This document shows positions 1 to 9,733 of a stretch of DNA of 50,432 nt, in pieces. Source of the stretch: Callorhinchus milii (taxonomy: Eukaryota); assembly GCF_018977255.1 (NCBI RefSeq), contig NW_024705375.1:1-50432 (forward strand), in the 5' to 3' direction. Numbering within the stretch: position 1 is the stretch's first letter; every line of letters begins with the position of its first letter. The translations under genes were made by a program, and so were the position numbers. The notes under the pieces are model-generated. The model made no database searches, had not been told where the DNA came from, and saw only the letters and a program-made list of their open reading frames with translations.

Positions 1-207
1 ACAAAAAAACAAAACAAATAGAGCCCGAAGGCCTCATCCGCCGGATAGCGCCGAACGGGCGCCAGGGGCTGGGCCCGCTGAACGGCCATCAGGGCCGTCA
101 CCGGAGCCGCATCCCCTCGAGCGGGTATGCGCTGCTGGCCCGCTCCCTCGTGCGGTGTCCGCCACCCGTGCAGGTGGCCTCCGGTGCCTGGGGGGTCTCT
201 GTCGGCC

Positions 208-2682
208 TCACTCGGGAGGGGCCTGGGGGCACACACACAGGTCGGACGTCACCTCCGTCAACGAGACCCGGCCGGTCAGGCACGCCGGATACATCATCAG
301 CCGGCCGCTCCGGAATTGGGGGTGGATCCCCAGGGTAGATGGAACATAACGTTTGAGCCGGGACGGGTGCACTATCCACTGCCTGCGACCGAATCGAATC
401 CGGACGCATTGCGGCCGGCGGACCTCCACAACCTCCACGGGTCCCTGCCAAGGGCGATGCAATTTGGCCGATGTGCCAACGGGGACCTGGGGACAATGCA
501 GCCACGCTTTTTGACCCGCTACCCACGGGAGGCCAGCTGCCTGGTGTTTTGGCAGCCGCTCATTAGCCGCCTGCCGGCTTGCGGAATTCTCGGCAGCGGC
601 CTGTCGCGCCTCGCGCAGCCGGTCAAGCGCGACCTTCAAAGGGGTCGGCACCGCCGACCCCTTCTTGGAGGAGCCAACGTCCATCTGGACGTGCACCGGG
701 GGCTCCGGTTCCCTACCGTACATCAAATAAAAAGGCGAAAATCCCGTGGAGGCATGAGGGGCCAACCGATACGCCGCCAAGACCCCCGGGACGAACAGGT
801 CCCAGTCTGACTGGGACGTGTTCACCTGGTGGCACAGCATGGACGTAAGGGTGCGGTTCAAGCGCTCTACCATCCCGTCTGACTGGGGGTGGTAGGGCGA
901 GGTGCGGATTTTCTTGGTGCCAAGGAGGTCACACACCTCCTTGAGCAACCTAGACGAGAAATTCCGCCCCTGGTCAGTCAACAATTGTTCCGGCGCGCCC
1001 TTGTCAAACACGTACCCCTGGACGAAGGCCTCGGTGATAGAAGAGGCCAACTGATCGACCAAAGGCCATGCCATGGGCCAACGTGTGAGGTACTCAACGC
1101 CCACCAAGAGGTATTTGTGGCCCCGTTGGGATGCAGGGAATGGCCCCAAAATGTCGAGCGCCACGAGCTCATTAACGCGAGAAACCCGGATGGACTGCAG
1201 CGGGGCCCGGTCCTGGACAACTGGGGCCTTCCTCCGCGCGCAGTCGTGGCAACCCTTCAAAATCAGTGCTACGTCACCCTCAACACCCGGCCAGTAATAG
1301 TCCCGCTTAAGGGTCAATAAGGTCTTGTGGTAGCCAAGGTGCATAAGCTTCTCGTGAATGGCTCGGGTTAATTTACCACGCAGGCTAGTGGGCACAACCA
1401 CACAATAGCGTTCCAATTGGGCATCCCAACGCATGAGTAGTCCGTCATGCACGGCGATCGCCGGGGCAGCCGACGAAGCTAAGCTCCGGGCGTTATGTCC
1501 GACACGGCGCCGTAGCTTCAGCAGAGAGGAATCCTCCATCTGCAAGCCGGACCATACCTCCCGGGGAAGTCCAAGGCCGAAATCCGCGGTCGACGCCGCA
1601 CCTGGAGGGGTGTCCGCCTCGGCCGACGCGACCAACTGGGCCGCGGCGTCCCCTGGGGCCTTGCAACGGCTAGAGCCCAGGGCGCAAGCACACCCGCCGC
1701 CTGCCGGCAATCGGGATAAACCGTCCGCATTTCCATGCTGTGTCCCCTTCCTATGGATTACATCAAAAGGGTAATCCTGGAGCACTTCGAGCCAGCGAGA
1801 CAGCTGACCCGAGGGCTGACTAATCTTCAGCGAATATTGCAGGGCCGCGTGGTCGGTTCGGACCGTAAACAGCCTACCGTACAAATATGGTCTATACAAC
1901 TGAACAAAATAAACTATGGCCAAAAGCTCCCTCCGGGTCACACAATATCGCTGTTCCGTCGAGGACAGAACGCGACTGCCATAGGCTACCACCCTCTCAA
2001 CCCCGTCGACCACCTGGGCCAGGACAGCCCCAATTCCCGTGTCGCTGGCATCGGTATCGAGCAGGAAGGGTTTCGTAAAATCCGGGTACCCCAAGGGCGG
2101 CGCATCCGCCAAGGCCGTGCGAAGCGCCGCAAAAGCCGCCTCCTCCTCCGCGCCCCAGTGAAACCTTTGGCCTTTGGCGGAAAGGGCGTGCAGTGGCTTC
2201 GCAATTGTCGCAAAATCGCGGACAAACCGGCGATAGTACGATGCGAATCCAACGAAGCTACGCACCTCCGCGACAGATGTGGGAGTCGGCCACGTCCGGA
2301 CACAAGCCGTTTTATCCGGGTCCGTGGCGACACCTGACGTGCTAACAATGTGTCCCAAATACCTCACCGATGGTTGTAGCAAGTGGCATTTCTGGGGTTT
2401 GAATTTCAAGCCAGCAGCACGCACTTTGACGAACACCGCCTCAAGGCGTTGCAAGTGCTCGCCAAACGTACGGCCAAAAACAATAACGTCATCCAAGTAG
2501 ATTAGACAAGACTCCCACTGCAGCCCCGCCAAGACCATCTCCATGAGACGCTGGAAGGTGGCCGGGGCCGAATGGAGACCCATAGGAAGCCGATTGAACT
2601 CGAACAACCCCTGGGGCGTGCGGAACGCTGTTTTGGGTCTAGAGGCCTCATCCAGTGGCAATTGCCAGAAGCCGGAGAGCAA
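208..2682 (-). CDS. pol: Pol C-terminal part: RT core, RNase H and integrase (frameshifted from the upstream ORF)
   Basis: Motifs LPMGLHSAPATFQR, CLIYLDDVIVF, LDTDASDTGIGAVL, TDHAAL, HHCC zinc finger (HEKLMH...CHDC), DILGP/TDQG/VERLNR integrase core and PWQGP module. Confidence 0.95.
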   Translation of the reverse strand: MLSGFWQLPLDEASRPKTAFRTPQGLFEFNRLPMGLHSAPATFQRLMEMVLAGLQWESCLIYLDDVIVFGRTFGEHLQRLEAVFVKVRAAGLKFKPQKCHLLQPSVRYLGHIVSTSGVATDPDKTACVRTWPTPTSVAEVRSFVGFASYYRRFVRDFATIAKPLHALSAKGQRFHWGAEEEAAFAALRTALADAPPLGYPDFTKPFLLDTDASDTGIGAVLAQVVDGVERVVAYGSRVLSSTEQRYCVTRRELLAIVYFVQLYRPYLYGRLFTVRTDHAALQYSLKISQPSGQLSRWLEVLQDYPFDVIHRKGTQHGNADGLSRLPAGGGCACALGSSRCKAPGDAAAQLVASAEADTPPGAASTADFGLGLPREVWSGLQMEDSSLLKLRRRVGHNARSLASSAAPAIAVHDGLLMRWDAQLERYCVVVPTSLRGKLTRAIHEKLMHLGYHKTLLTLKRDYYWPGVEGDVALILKGCHDCARRKAPVVQDRAPLQSIRVSRVNELVALDILGPFPASQRGHKYLLVGVEYLTRWPMAWPLVDQLASSITEAFVQGYVFDKGAPEQLLTDQGRNFSSRLLKEVCDLLGTKKIRTSPYHPQSDGMVERLNRTLTSMLCHQVNTSQSDWDLFVPGVLAAYRLAPHASTGFSPFYLMYGREPEPPVHVQMDVGSSKKGSAVPTPLKVALDRLREARQAAAENSASRQAANERLPKHQAAGLPWVAGQKAWLHCPQVPVGTSAKLHRPWQGPVEVVEVRRPQCVRIRFGRRQWIVHPSRLKRYVPSTLGIHPQFRSGRLMMYPACLTGRVSLTEVTSDLCVCPQAPPE

Positions 2683-2684
2683 AT

Positions 2685-4418
2685 CTAAAGTCGAAAAGAA
2701 CCGCGCGCCCGAGAGGGCGTCCAGGAATCATCCATGCGAGGCAATGGATATGCATCAGCCACCGAGATCTTGTTCAATCTACGAAAATCGACGCAGAACC
2801 GGAGACTCCCGTCCCGTTTCTTGACTAGCACAATGGGGGCACCCCAAGGGCTAGTAGATGGGGAGATGATGTCCGCCGCCAACATTTCCTCGACAGCCGA
2901 GCGGACATGATCTTTTTCCGCTGGGCTAAAGCGGTGGGAATTAAGTCGAATAGGGGCCGCGTCGCCCGTGTCTATGTGGTGGTCCAAAAGAGTAGTGCGA
3001 CCCAGATCAAACTTACTTTGGCTGAACACATCGGTGAACCGCTCGATGAGGTCGCGGAGTTGCCGACGTTCCCCGGAGGACAACGAGGCATTCTCGTCGC
3101 ACAACGTGGCGATCCATGATGCGTCGGGGTCCCCCGTGCGCATCACGCCCGCCACGACCCCTCCATCCGGGGCAGCGCTCTCGGGTGGAGGAGCCGGGGT
3201 TGCGTGTGCCAGGACGGCGCCGGCCGGGACTACGACCGGCAAGGGTCCCGAATTGAGGACCTGCAAAAAAAGGTCCTGGCCCCCCGACACGGCTGTCAAG
3301 GCGCCCACCAACCCCTTCGTCCTTGAAAAGTAGCTTGACGGGGACAGGAGGATACCCGTCTCCGTGGAGCCCATTTCGAGCGGTTTGCGCAACCTAAGGG
3401 GTATCAGGATTTGTGACGCCGGTGGTACGGTCACCGGCACTTTATTCAAGGCCCGTACACCGGCGACCAAGGGAGACAGGACGGTAGGTGATTGTAGGAA
3501 TTGCAGCCGCCTCCCTGACGGCATTTCCACACAGCCCTGGTCAACGAGAATTCGGATGGGCATCCTAGACAAAAAGTCGGTCCCCAAGAGGCATGGCACT
3601 GCCAAGGTCCTGGAGACCAAAATCGGCCCGGCCAACTCAATCTCGTCAACCCGAACCGACGCTACAACGTGGCCCAAGATGCCCAAACTGCCGCCGTTCG
3701 CGGCGACACAAGCCCCGCGAACCGGCCTTAACGGACCCACGCTGCGGGGTAGCAGCCCAAAAATGGCCTCAGAAATAATGGTGGCCGACGCCCCCGTATC
3801 CACCAGGAGGCGAACGTGCACCCCTTGCACATATCCTGCCACCGCTGAGGAGCCGGCAGCTGCCGCCACCATCCTATGCGCAAGCGCATCCCAGTGGCGG
3901 GTCTGTCTGGGCCATTGAGGGGGTGATGACGATGGTGCACCCGACCCTTCGAGGACAACCCCATGACGATGGGCCCTAGCCCCGCTAGATGCATGAGGTG
4001 AAGGGAGCGGCCGCGCAGATGATGCGTCGCGACTCGCCTGGGGCCCCGAACCCGATGCCAAGGAGGGTCTGGGAGAAGGTGGAGTCCCTTTTCCAAAGGC
4101 CCCCGGGGCATTCCGGCAGCCCCGCTCAATGTGGCCCCGCTGACCACAGCGGAAGCAGGCCACCGTGTCCGCCTCCTGTGGACGGGAAGGTCCCGGCCGC
4201 CCCCGCTGCTCCGGACGGCGACCACCCGCCCCCTTCCTCGACGATCGGGCATCGCCAGGGCCGCGAGGGTGTCCACCCCTGAGAGGTGCCCCCCGTCCGG
4301 CGCCAGGACCCCGCACACGCCGCCATCTGAGGCCGTTGGCGGAGGGAGAGGTGCGCCTGAATGTTTTCTGCGACCGCCAAGGATGTGATCTGCCGATCAT
4401 TGTTGATCGACAGAGCAA
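2685..4418 (-). CDS. pol: Nucleocapsid zinc knuckle, protease and RT N-terminus
   Basis: CFRCGQRGHIERGC (CCHC), LVDTGASATII, LLGTDFL, SPWGAPIVLVKK, RFCVDFRRLN. A 1-bp loss at ~2723 (TCC-TGG versus TCC-CTC in copy B) breaks the frame. Confidence 0.92.
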   Translation of the reverse strand: MLCRSTMIGRSHPWRSQKTFRRTSPSANGLRWRRVRGPGAGRGAPLRGGHPRGPGDARSSRKGAGGRRPEQRGRPGPSRPQEADTVACFRCGQRGHIERGCRNAPGAFGKGTPPSPRPSLASGSGPQASRDASSARPLPSPHASSGARAHRHGVVLEGSGAPSSSPPQWPRQTRHWDALAHRMVAAAAGSSAVAGYVQGVHVRLLVDTGASATIISEAIFGLLPRSVGPLRPVRGACVAANGGSLGILGHVVASVRVDEIELAGPILVSRTLAVPCLLGTDFLSRMPIRILVDQGCVEMPSGRRLQFLQSPTVLSPLVAGVRALNKVPVTVPPASQILIPLRLRKPLEMGSTETGILLSPSSYFSRTKGLVGALTAVSGGQDLFLQVLNSGPLPVVVPAGAVLAHATPAPPPESAAPDGGVVAGVMRTGDPDASWIATLCDENASLSSGERRQLRDLIERFTDVFSQSKFDLGRTTLLDHHIDTGDAAPIRLNSHRFSPAEKDHVRSAVEEMLAADIISPSTSPWGAPIVLVKKRDGSLRFCVDFRRLNKISVADAYPLPRMDDSWTPSRARGSFRL

Positions 4419-6343
4419 TTCCTAGCTCCCTTGCCAGGTCAAGCAGCTTCCCCAAGGCCATAGAATCAAGTGCCCTGCCGTACAGGTCAGGGTATGCAGC
4501 CTGCGCCAGGGCCAGGAGCGAGCAGCGGAAGGCCAGCGGCAGTTCCCCCTCCTCCCGCCGCCGCAATGAAAACTTTAGCTGCGCGGTGGACGGCGGCTCA
4601 AAAACGTTGGCCATTTGGATATAGGCCGCCGGGAGTGTAGCCCGATTGGCCGGATGGATGGACTTGAAGGCCTGCAGAGCCCTTTCGTCCAAGCAGGTCG
4701 GAAGCGCCGGCAAGGCCTCCTCCATGGACCAGCCGACCGACATGTATGCCGCGTCGAACCGGTCCTGGAAGGCCGACCAGTCGCCCCCTTGCGCGACAAA
4801 CGGCGCAACGTCGGGTAACCTGCGCTGCCATTGGCCGCGCGGCGCCGCGAGGTGTGGAAGCCAAGCGGCACCTGCGGGCCACCCAGCGGACGCGACGTGT
4901 TGCGGCGGTGGCAGCATTGCGGCTCCCGCGGGCCACGCCGAAGACGCGGAAAGGTGCGGTGGTGCTGCGGCCCCCATGGGCCACGCCGTAGGCGCAGCGA
5001 AGTGTGGCTGAGTTGCGGCCCCCATGGGCCACGCCGTAGGTGCAGCGAAGTGTGGCTGAGTTGCGGCCCCCATGGGCCACGCCGTAGACGCAGCGAAGTG
5101 TGGCTGAGTTGCGGCCCCCATGGGCCACGCCGTAGATGCAGCGAGGTGTGAAGGCGCCTGCGCTTTCGCGACCCACCTGTCAGCGGCGGCGTACGAAGCC
5201 ACGGCGTCGTCCCGCGACGCGGCGAGGGACCACGGCGTTGCAGCCTCAACGGGCCACGCCGAAGACGCGGCGTTATAATTCGGGCCTGCAGCGGCCCCCG
5301 CGGCCCACTCCGCCGGCGCAGCGAGGTGCGGGACAGCGGCCGTAGCCGCGGCAACCTCTCGCGATGCGGCGAGGCACCACGGCGTTGCGGCCTCCCCGGG
5401 CCACGCCGAAGACGCAGCGGTAAAACACGGAGCCGCGGTGGTCCCCGCGGCCCTCCCCGCCGGCGCAGCGAGGTGCGGGACAGCGGCCGCAGCCGCGGCA
5501 ACCTTTCGCGACGCGGCGAGGCACCACGGCGTTGCAGCCTCCATGGGCCACGCCGAAGACGCGGCGGAATAACACGCAGCCGCGGCGATGCCGCGGCTCT
5601 GCGAGGTGCAGAGCCGCGGCATCGCCGGTGGCCGGCCCCGTGAGCGCAGCGACAGGTTGAGCCGCGGCAGCACCCGCGGCCCATTCCGGCGGCACAGCGA
5701 TGTACGGGGCAGCAGCATCCGCCGCTGCCCACCCCGGCGGCCCGGCGAGGACGGCACGCGCGTACTTACCCTGGGCCCCCCCGGCGGGCGCAGCTTGATG
5801 TAGAGCCGCGTCGTCGCCGGCGGCTGGTCTCGCAGGAGCGGCGTGCCGAGAAATCCCGGCCGCGTCGGTGGAGAGACGCGGCGTCGCGGTCGCCATGGCA
5901 GCCGTAGCAGCAGCCGCATACGGCTCCCGAGCCAACATGGCCGCCGCGGATTGCGTCGCAGCCAACATGGCGGCCATTTCCGGTGGAGCGGTCGCTGGGA
6001 AAACTGCGGCGCTTTCAACGTTGGCAGTTGACAGTTGCTCCCGTCCCGCGTGCGGGGCGGTTGGCTGCGTCCACGCCTCCACCTCGGCCAACCTGGCGGT
6101 CAGCTGCCCCACCGCCTGCAGGAGCTGCTGCAGCAGAGCTGCGGGGACGCTCTCCGTCTCTGGCGGCGGCGGTGAGCTGGCACTCCCCGCAGCCGACTCC
6201 TCCCGCTCCGGCCCGCTCGTCTCCATGGGGACCGTCACCGGGGTCCCGGGCTCCGGGGTCACTGCTGGAGCCTCCTCTCCGCCTTCGGCACCCTCCAAGT
6301 CATGTGCCGGTGGGTTCTTACGCCGTGCGCCCGCTTTATACAT
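4126..6343 (-). CDS. gag: Gag with an Ala-rich repetitive N-terminus; frameshift near 5590
   Basis: ATG at 6343 just after the PBS. The C-terminal part (GGDWSAFQDRF...EEALPALPTCLD...FEPP) aligns by eye with gag of copies B and D. Confidence 0.8.
4900..5590 (-). repeat. Coding tandem repeats in gag: 48-bp units (16 aa) and 147-bp higher-order units (49 aa)
   Basis: CCACGCCGTA recurs at 4981, 5029, 5077 and 5125; GGCCACGCCGAAGACGC recurs at ~5252, 5399 and 5546. Confidence 0.9.
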
Positions 6344-6359
6344 GTTGGCGACGGTGTAA

Positions 6360-6372
6360 ACTTCTGACACCA
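6360..6372 (-). promoter_or_regulatory. Primer binding site of copy A (tRNA-Leu(CAA)-like)
   Basis: TGGTGTCAGAAGT 2 nt after the LTR end; complementary to the 3' end ...ACTTCTGACACCA of vertebrate tRNA-Leu(CAA), from recall. Confidence 0.85.
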
Positions 6373-6374
6373 GT

Positions 6375-6647
6375 TGTTGTATCGTAGACGGAGGTACTCG
6401 GAGACGGAGGTTGAGTTAGGGGCTTCCGCCAGGGTTTATTAACACTTATCACGATCCCTGGTTCCCTCTTTACCCCTTCCACTATCCCCGTTCCTCCAGT
6501 GACCCCGCTTACGTTACGGGGTCTCCCTTATATACCCTCGGAGGGGTGATGTCACGTGCACTGCCCAGCGCGTGCGACCCCACGTCCCGTGAGGTCACCG
6601 CACCGGACAGCGCACACGACGCCACCACTCTCCTCTACTCCTCTACA
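6375..6647 (-). repeat. 5' LTR of copy A (~273 bp)
   Basis: TGTAG...ACA termini on the minus strand, TATATAA near 6530, AATAAA at 6435-6440, adjacent PBS; no second copy in the window to confirm the outer edge. Confidence 0.75.
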
Positions 6648-6649
6648 AT

Positions 6650-7090
6650 AGTATCTACTGACTCTAGTAGCTACTCACCGTGGTAGTATGTACTGACTGT
6701 ATAGTAGTATATACTGACTGTAGCAGTATTGACTGACTGTAGTGGTATATACTGACTGTTTTAGTATCTACTAACTCTATATAGGAGTATCTACAAACTT
6801 GATAGCAGTATCTACTATCACTACAGCAGTGTATACCGACAGAGGTGGCACCTGCTATCACTACAGCAGTGCATACTGACTGGTGGTACCTGCTATGATT
6901 ACAGCAGTGCATAGTGACTGGTGGTACCTGCTATGATTACAGCAGTGCATACTGCTGTGATGATACCTGCTATGATTACAGCAGTGCATACTGACTGTGG
7001 TGGTAGCTTCTATGATTACAGCAGTGCATTCTGACTGTGGTGGTACATGCTATGATTGCAGCAGTGCATACTGCTGTGGTGGTACATATG
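6650..7090. repeat. Minisatellite with ~38-40 bp unit (GCAGTGCATACTGACTGTGGTGGTACCTGCTATGATTACA), decaying leftwards
   Basis: About 7 recognisable units at 6820-7090; degenerate TAG/TAC-rich units further left. Confidence 0.85.
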
Positions 7091-7671
7091 TGTAATAAAG
7101 GACTCCGTCACACGATGTTGATCTCCGTCGGTCCTTTATTTGTGTTCGTATTCCGCTCACCCCGCTGGCCTCCTCCTCGGCCCAGCGTCATCTCTCCTTG
7201 CGCCCCGCGCACTCTGCAGCTACCCTGCTGCTCCCTATGCAGCCCCACTGCTGCTCCGCTATGCAGCTACTCTGCTGCCTGTGCAACCTCGCACCCTCTG
7301 CTAGCCTCCGCTAGTTCTGCAGCTACTCGGCTGCTCCGTACAACCTCGCACGCCCTGTGCTAGCCTCCGCTAGCTCTGCAGCTACTCGGCTGCTCCGTGC
7401 AACCCCTGCACGCCCTGTGCGCCCCGCGCACTCTGCTCTCTCCTCACCCCGCTGGCTGGCGCCGTCCGATGAGCCCCTCAGCCACCAGGCTGAGGCACGG
7501 CGGCCACCCAACGTGGTCTCCCTCTTCACTCCCTCGACTCCCCTGATGTCTTCCGGTCTCCTTCCTATAACCCCTTGCCCACGTGACCCTGACTCCTCCC
7601 TCTCCCACGTGACCCTGACTCCTCCCTCTCGGATCGTCACATCCGACCTGCCCATTTATGCTCGCATTACA
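7091..7671 (-). mobile_element. Solo LTR (TGTAATGCGAGC family) with 4-bp TSD TATG
   Basis: Minus-strand termini TGTAATGCGAGC...CCTTTATTACA match the LTR at 49726-50185; TATG at 7087-7090 and 7672-7675; internal ~58-bp repeats at 7260-7420. Confidence 0.88.
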
Positions 7672-7673
7672 TA

Positions 7674-8253
7674 TGTAATGCGAGCGTAAATGGGGTTGTT
7701 GCTGGCCTCTGGTCCAATCACGCGGCCTGGGGCATTAGGGGGCGGAGCCTGGTCTGCGGGGCGTGTGGGAGGGGCCACGGTTCACCTCAGCTCCAATGGG
7801 AGGCGAGTTGAATGGGGGCGGAGCCAGCGAGGTAGTATGGGAAGGCCGGATCTGACGATCCGGGAGGCAGGAGTCAGGGTCACGTGGGGGAATGGATATT
7901 AGTGGGAGCCCGGAAGAGATCGCGGCAGTCGGGGAAGTTAAAAGGCTGAGCCACGTTGGGTGGTGAGTAAAGATCCGCGCCATCGGCCACATGGCTGAAG
8001 GATCTCAGCACGCCGTCGGCCAGCGGTGTGCGGAGTGCGGGAATAGAGGAGCTAACGGAGGAGCGTGCGGGGCACGCGAGAGAGAGCGTGCGTAGCACGC
8101 GAGAGAGAGAGCGTGTGTGGCACGCGAGAGGGAGCATGCGCGGGGCACGCGCGAGACGACACTGGTCCGAGAGGAGGCCAGTGGGGGTACAGAGAAGAAC
8201 CTGAATAAAAGACAAACGGAGACCAGCATCGCCTGACGGAGTATTTTATTACA
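7674..8253 (+). repeat. 5' LTR of copy B
   Basis: TGTAAT...ATTACA inverted termini, AATAAA near 8205, homologous to 13773-14365. Confidence 0.92.
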
Positions 8254-8254
8254 C

Positions 8255-8269
8255 TGGTGTCAGAAGTGG
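8255..8269 (+). promoter_or_regulatory. Primer binding site of copy B (tRNA-Leu(CAA)-like)
   Basis: TGGTGTCAGAAGTGG 1 nt after the LTR end. Confidence 0.88.
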
Positions 8270-8275
8270 AACGAG

Positions 8276-9733
8276 ATGTCAAAACATCTCAAGAAAAATA
8301 ATATACCTGCACCATCTTCAGAAGACGAAGAGGACCTTCCTCCGGCGGTGGCGGTCCCGACCATGGAAGGCGTGGGCGAAGTGGCGGCGAGCGACACGAC
8401 AGGAGTACAAGATGTCGTCGGGGCGGCCGGGCCGTTTGCGTCGACGGGCGCCGAGGACGGCTGGCGACACGTGGCAGTCCAGCTTGATTCGCTGCGGGCC
8501 GTTCTGCTGGATTTAGTCACCCTGGTCGCGCCAGCGACGATGCCGGATCGGCCACGCGGCGGGCCTTCAAGCGGGGAGCCTTCGGGTGGGGCCGAGCCGT
8601 CCACCATTGGGGCCTCTGCGACGCTTCCCGCCCTCTCCGACACGTGGCAGCATGCCGCCATCTTGGGTGTGGTCGCGGACGAACGGCGGGAAGCCGCCAT
8701 CTTGTCGCCGCCGCGGCGGGAAGCCGCCATCTTGTCGCTGCCACGGCGGGAAGACGCCATCTTGTCGCCGCCGCAGGGGACGCCTGCATCGGAAGACAGC
8801 AGCTCGGGGACTCGCAGCCATCGCCTGACGACGATTAAAGAATTCTCAATTGGAGGAGATTGGAGCGCATTTGCGTGGCGTTTTGAGTCGGCCGTCCGAT
8901 CTGCCAAGTGGACGGATGCGGAGGCCTTGGAAGTTCTGCCGACGCTCCTGGACGACAAGTATTTGAAATTCTTCCGCTCCATCAAGGCCGCGAAGAAGGG
9001 GACGCTGAAAGGGGCGTTTGATGAAATGGCAGAAGCGTACGAGCCTCCAGACGACGCACACCGCAGATTCGTCCAGAGGCAACGGGCACCCGCGGAATCG
9101 CCTGTGGCTTTTCGGGGCGCTGTGCTTGAGCTGGCCATGGCCGCATATCCAGAAACGGAGCCCGACTTGTTGGAGCCCTTGATACTGGGTAAGATGTTGG
9201 AGCTGTCCAAGGACTTGGGCATTCTGATGCCGATATGCGGCCATGAGCAGCTGACCTCCCGGATGGCAGCCAAGTGCCTCGACGCGCAGTTCAACTTGCG
9301 CCGTTGGGCACAGGTGACTGCCTGGACGGGGAGCCCGACCGTGGAGGGAGGCGCCACCGGGTGGACTCCGTCAAAGGCCGTCTTCGTGCCGGACGAGAGG
9401 GGGCCTGGCGATCTCTCTGCAGCGGTGGCCCAGTGGGTTCCTCGAGGGGGAGCGGAGTCGCGCTCCGGCCCACCGCTGAGGGATCGTCGAGACGGAGGGG
9501 GGACCCGGGCGGCGGGCCGACTCGTCGTGTTACCGCTGCGGGCGTCTTGGACACTTCGTGCGGGACTGTCGGAGTCGCCCTCGCCCGCCTCTTCAGCCGG
9601 AGTCCCCGGCCACGGACGCGACGTCAAAGCCGGAGAGTCAACCGTGTCAGGCAAGTCGGTATGCATCAGACACCCGGCAAGGCCTGTCATCTCATGCATC
9701 ACCGTCGGTATGCGTTCCGGGGGCCTGTTCTAA
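8276..9733 (+). CDS. gag: Gag of copy B; true homology probably leaves this frame near 9500
   Basis: ATG 6 nt after the PBS; GGDWSAFAWRF...EALEVLPTLLDD...YEPP core; the CCHC knuckle CYRCGRLGHFVRDC (~9527-9568) is in the +1 frame. Confidence 0.85.
   Translation: MSKHLKKNNIPAPSSEDEEDLPPAVAVPTMEGVGEVAASDTTGVQDVVGAAGPFASTGAEDGWRHVAVQLDSLRAVLLDLVTLVAPATMPDRPRGGPSSGEPSGGAEPSTIGASATLPALSDTWQHAAILGVVADERREAAILSPPRREAAILSLPRREDAILSPPQGTPASEDSSSGTRSHRLTTIKEFSIGGDWSAFAWRFESAVRSAKWTDAEALEVLPTLLDDKYLKFFRSIKAAKKGTLKGAFDEMAEAYEPPDDAHRRFVQRQRAPAESPVAFRGAVLELAMAAYPETEPDLLEPLILGKMLELSKDLGILMPICGHEQLTSRMAAKCLDAQFNLRRWAQVTAWTGSPTVEGGATGWTPSKAVFVPDERGPGDLSAAVAQWVPRGGAESRSGPPLRDRRDGGGTRAAGRLVVLPLRASWTLRAGLSESPSPASSAGVPGHGRDVKAGESTVSGKSVCIRHPARPVISCITVGMRSGGLF

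Larger units (their letters stand above)
1..6647 (-). mobile_element. Ty3/Gypsy LTR retrotransposon, copy A (3' LTR lies outside the window)
   Basis: On the minus strand: LTR, PBS, gag, CCHC knuckle, aspartic protease, RT (YLDD), RNase H and integrase in Gypsy order, with three frame breaks. Confidence 0.95.

Noticed and set aside
208..4418. Gmr1-like (integrase before RT) arrangement
   Set aside because: The order is clearly PR-RT-RH-IN in A, B and D
6344..6370. ORF-track start at 6370 (MSEVYT) for gag
   Set aside because: It is a GTG inside the PBS; the first ATG is at 6343
6650..7090. Regular ~39-bp repeats as a possible CRISPR-like array
   Set aside because: The units are contiguous with no unique spacers, there are no cas genes, and the context is eukaryotic; this is a minisatellite
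8255..8269. tRNA gene at the tRNA-like matches
   Set aside because: Only 13-15 nt complementary to a tRNA 3' end, next to LTRs; these are primer binding sites
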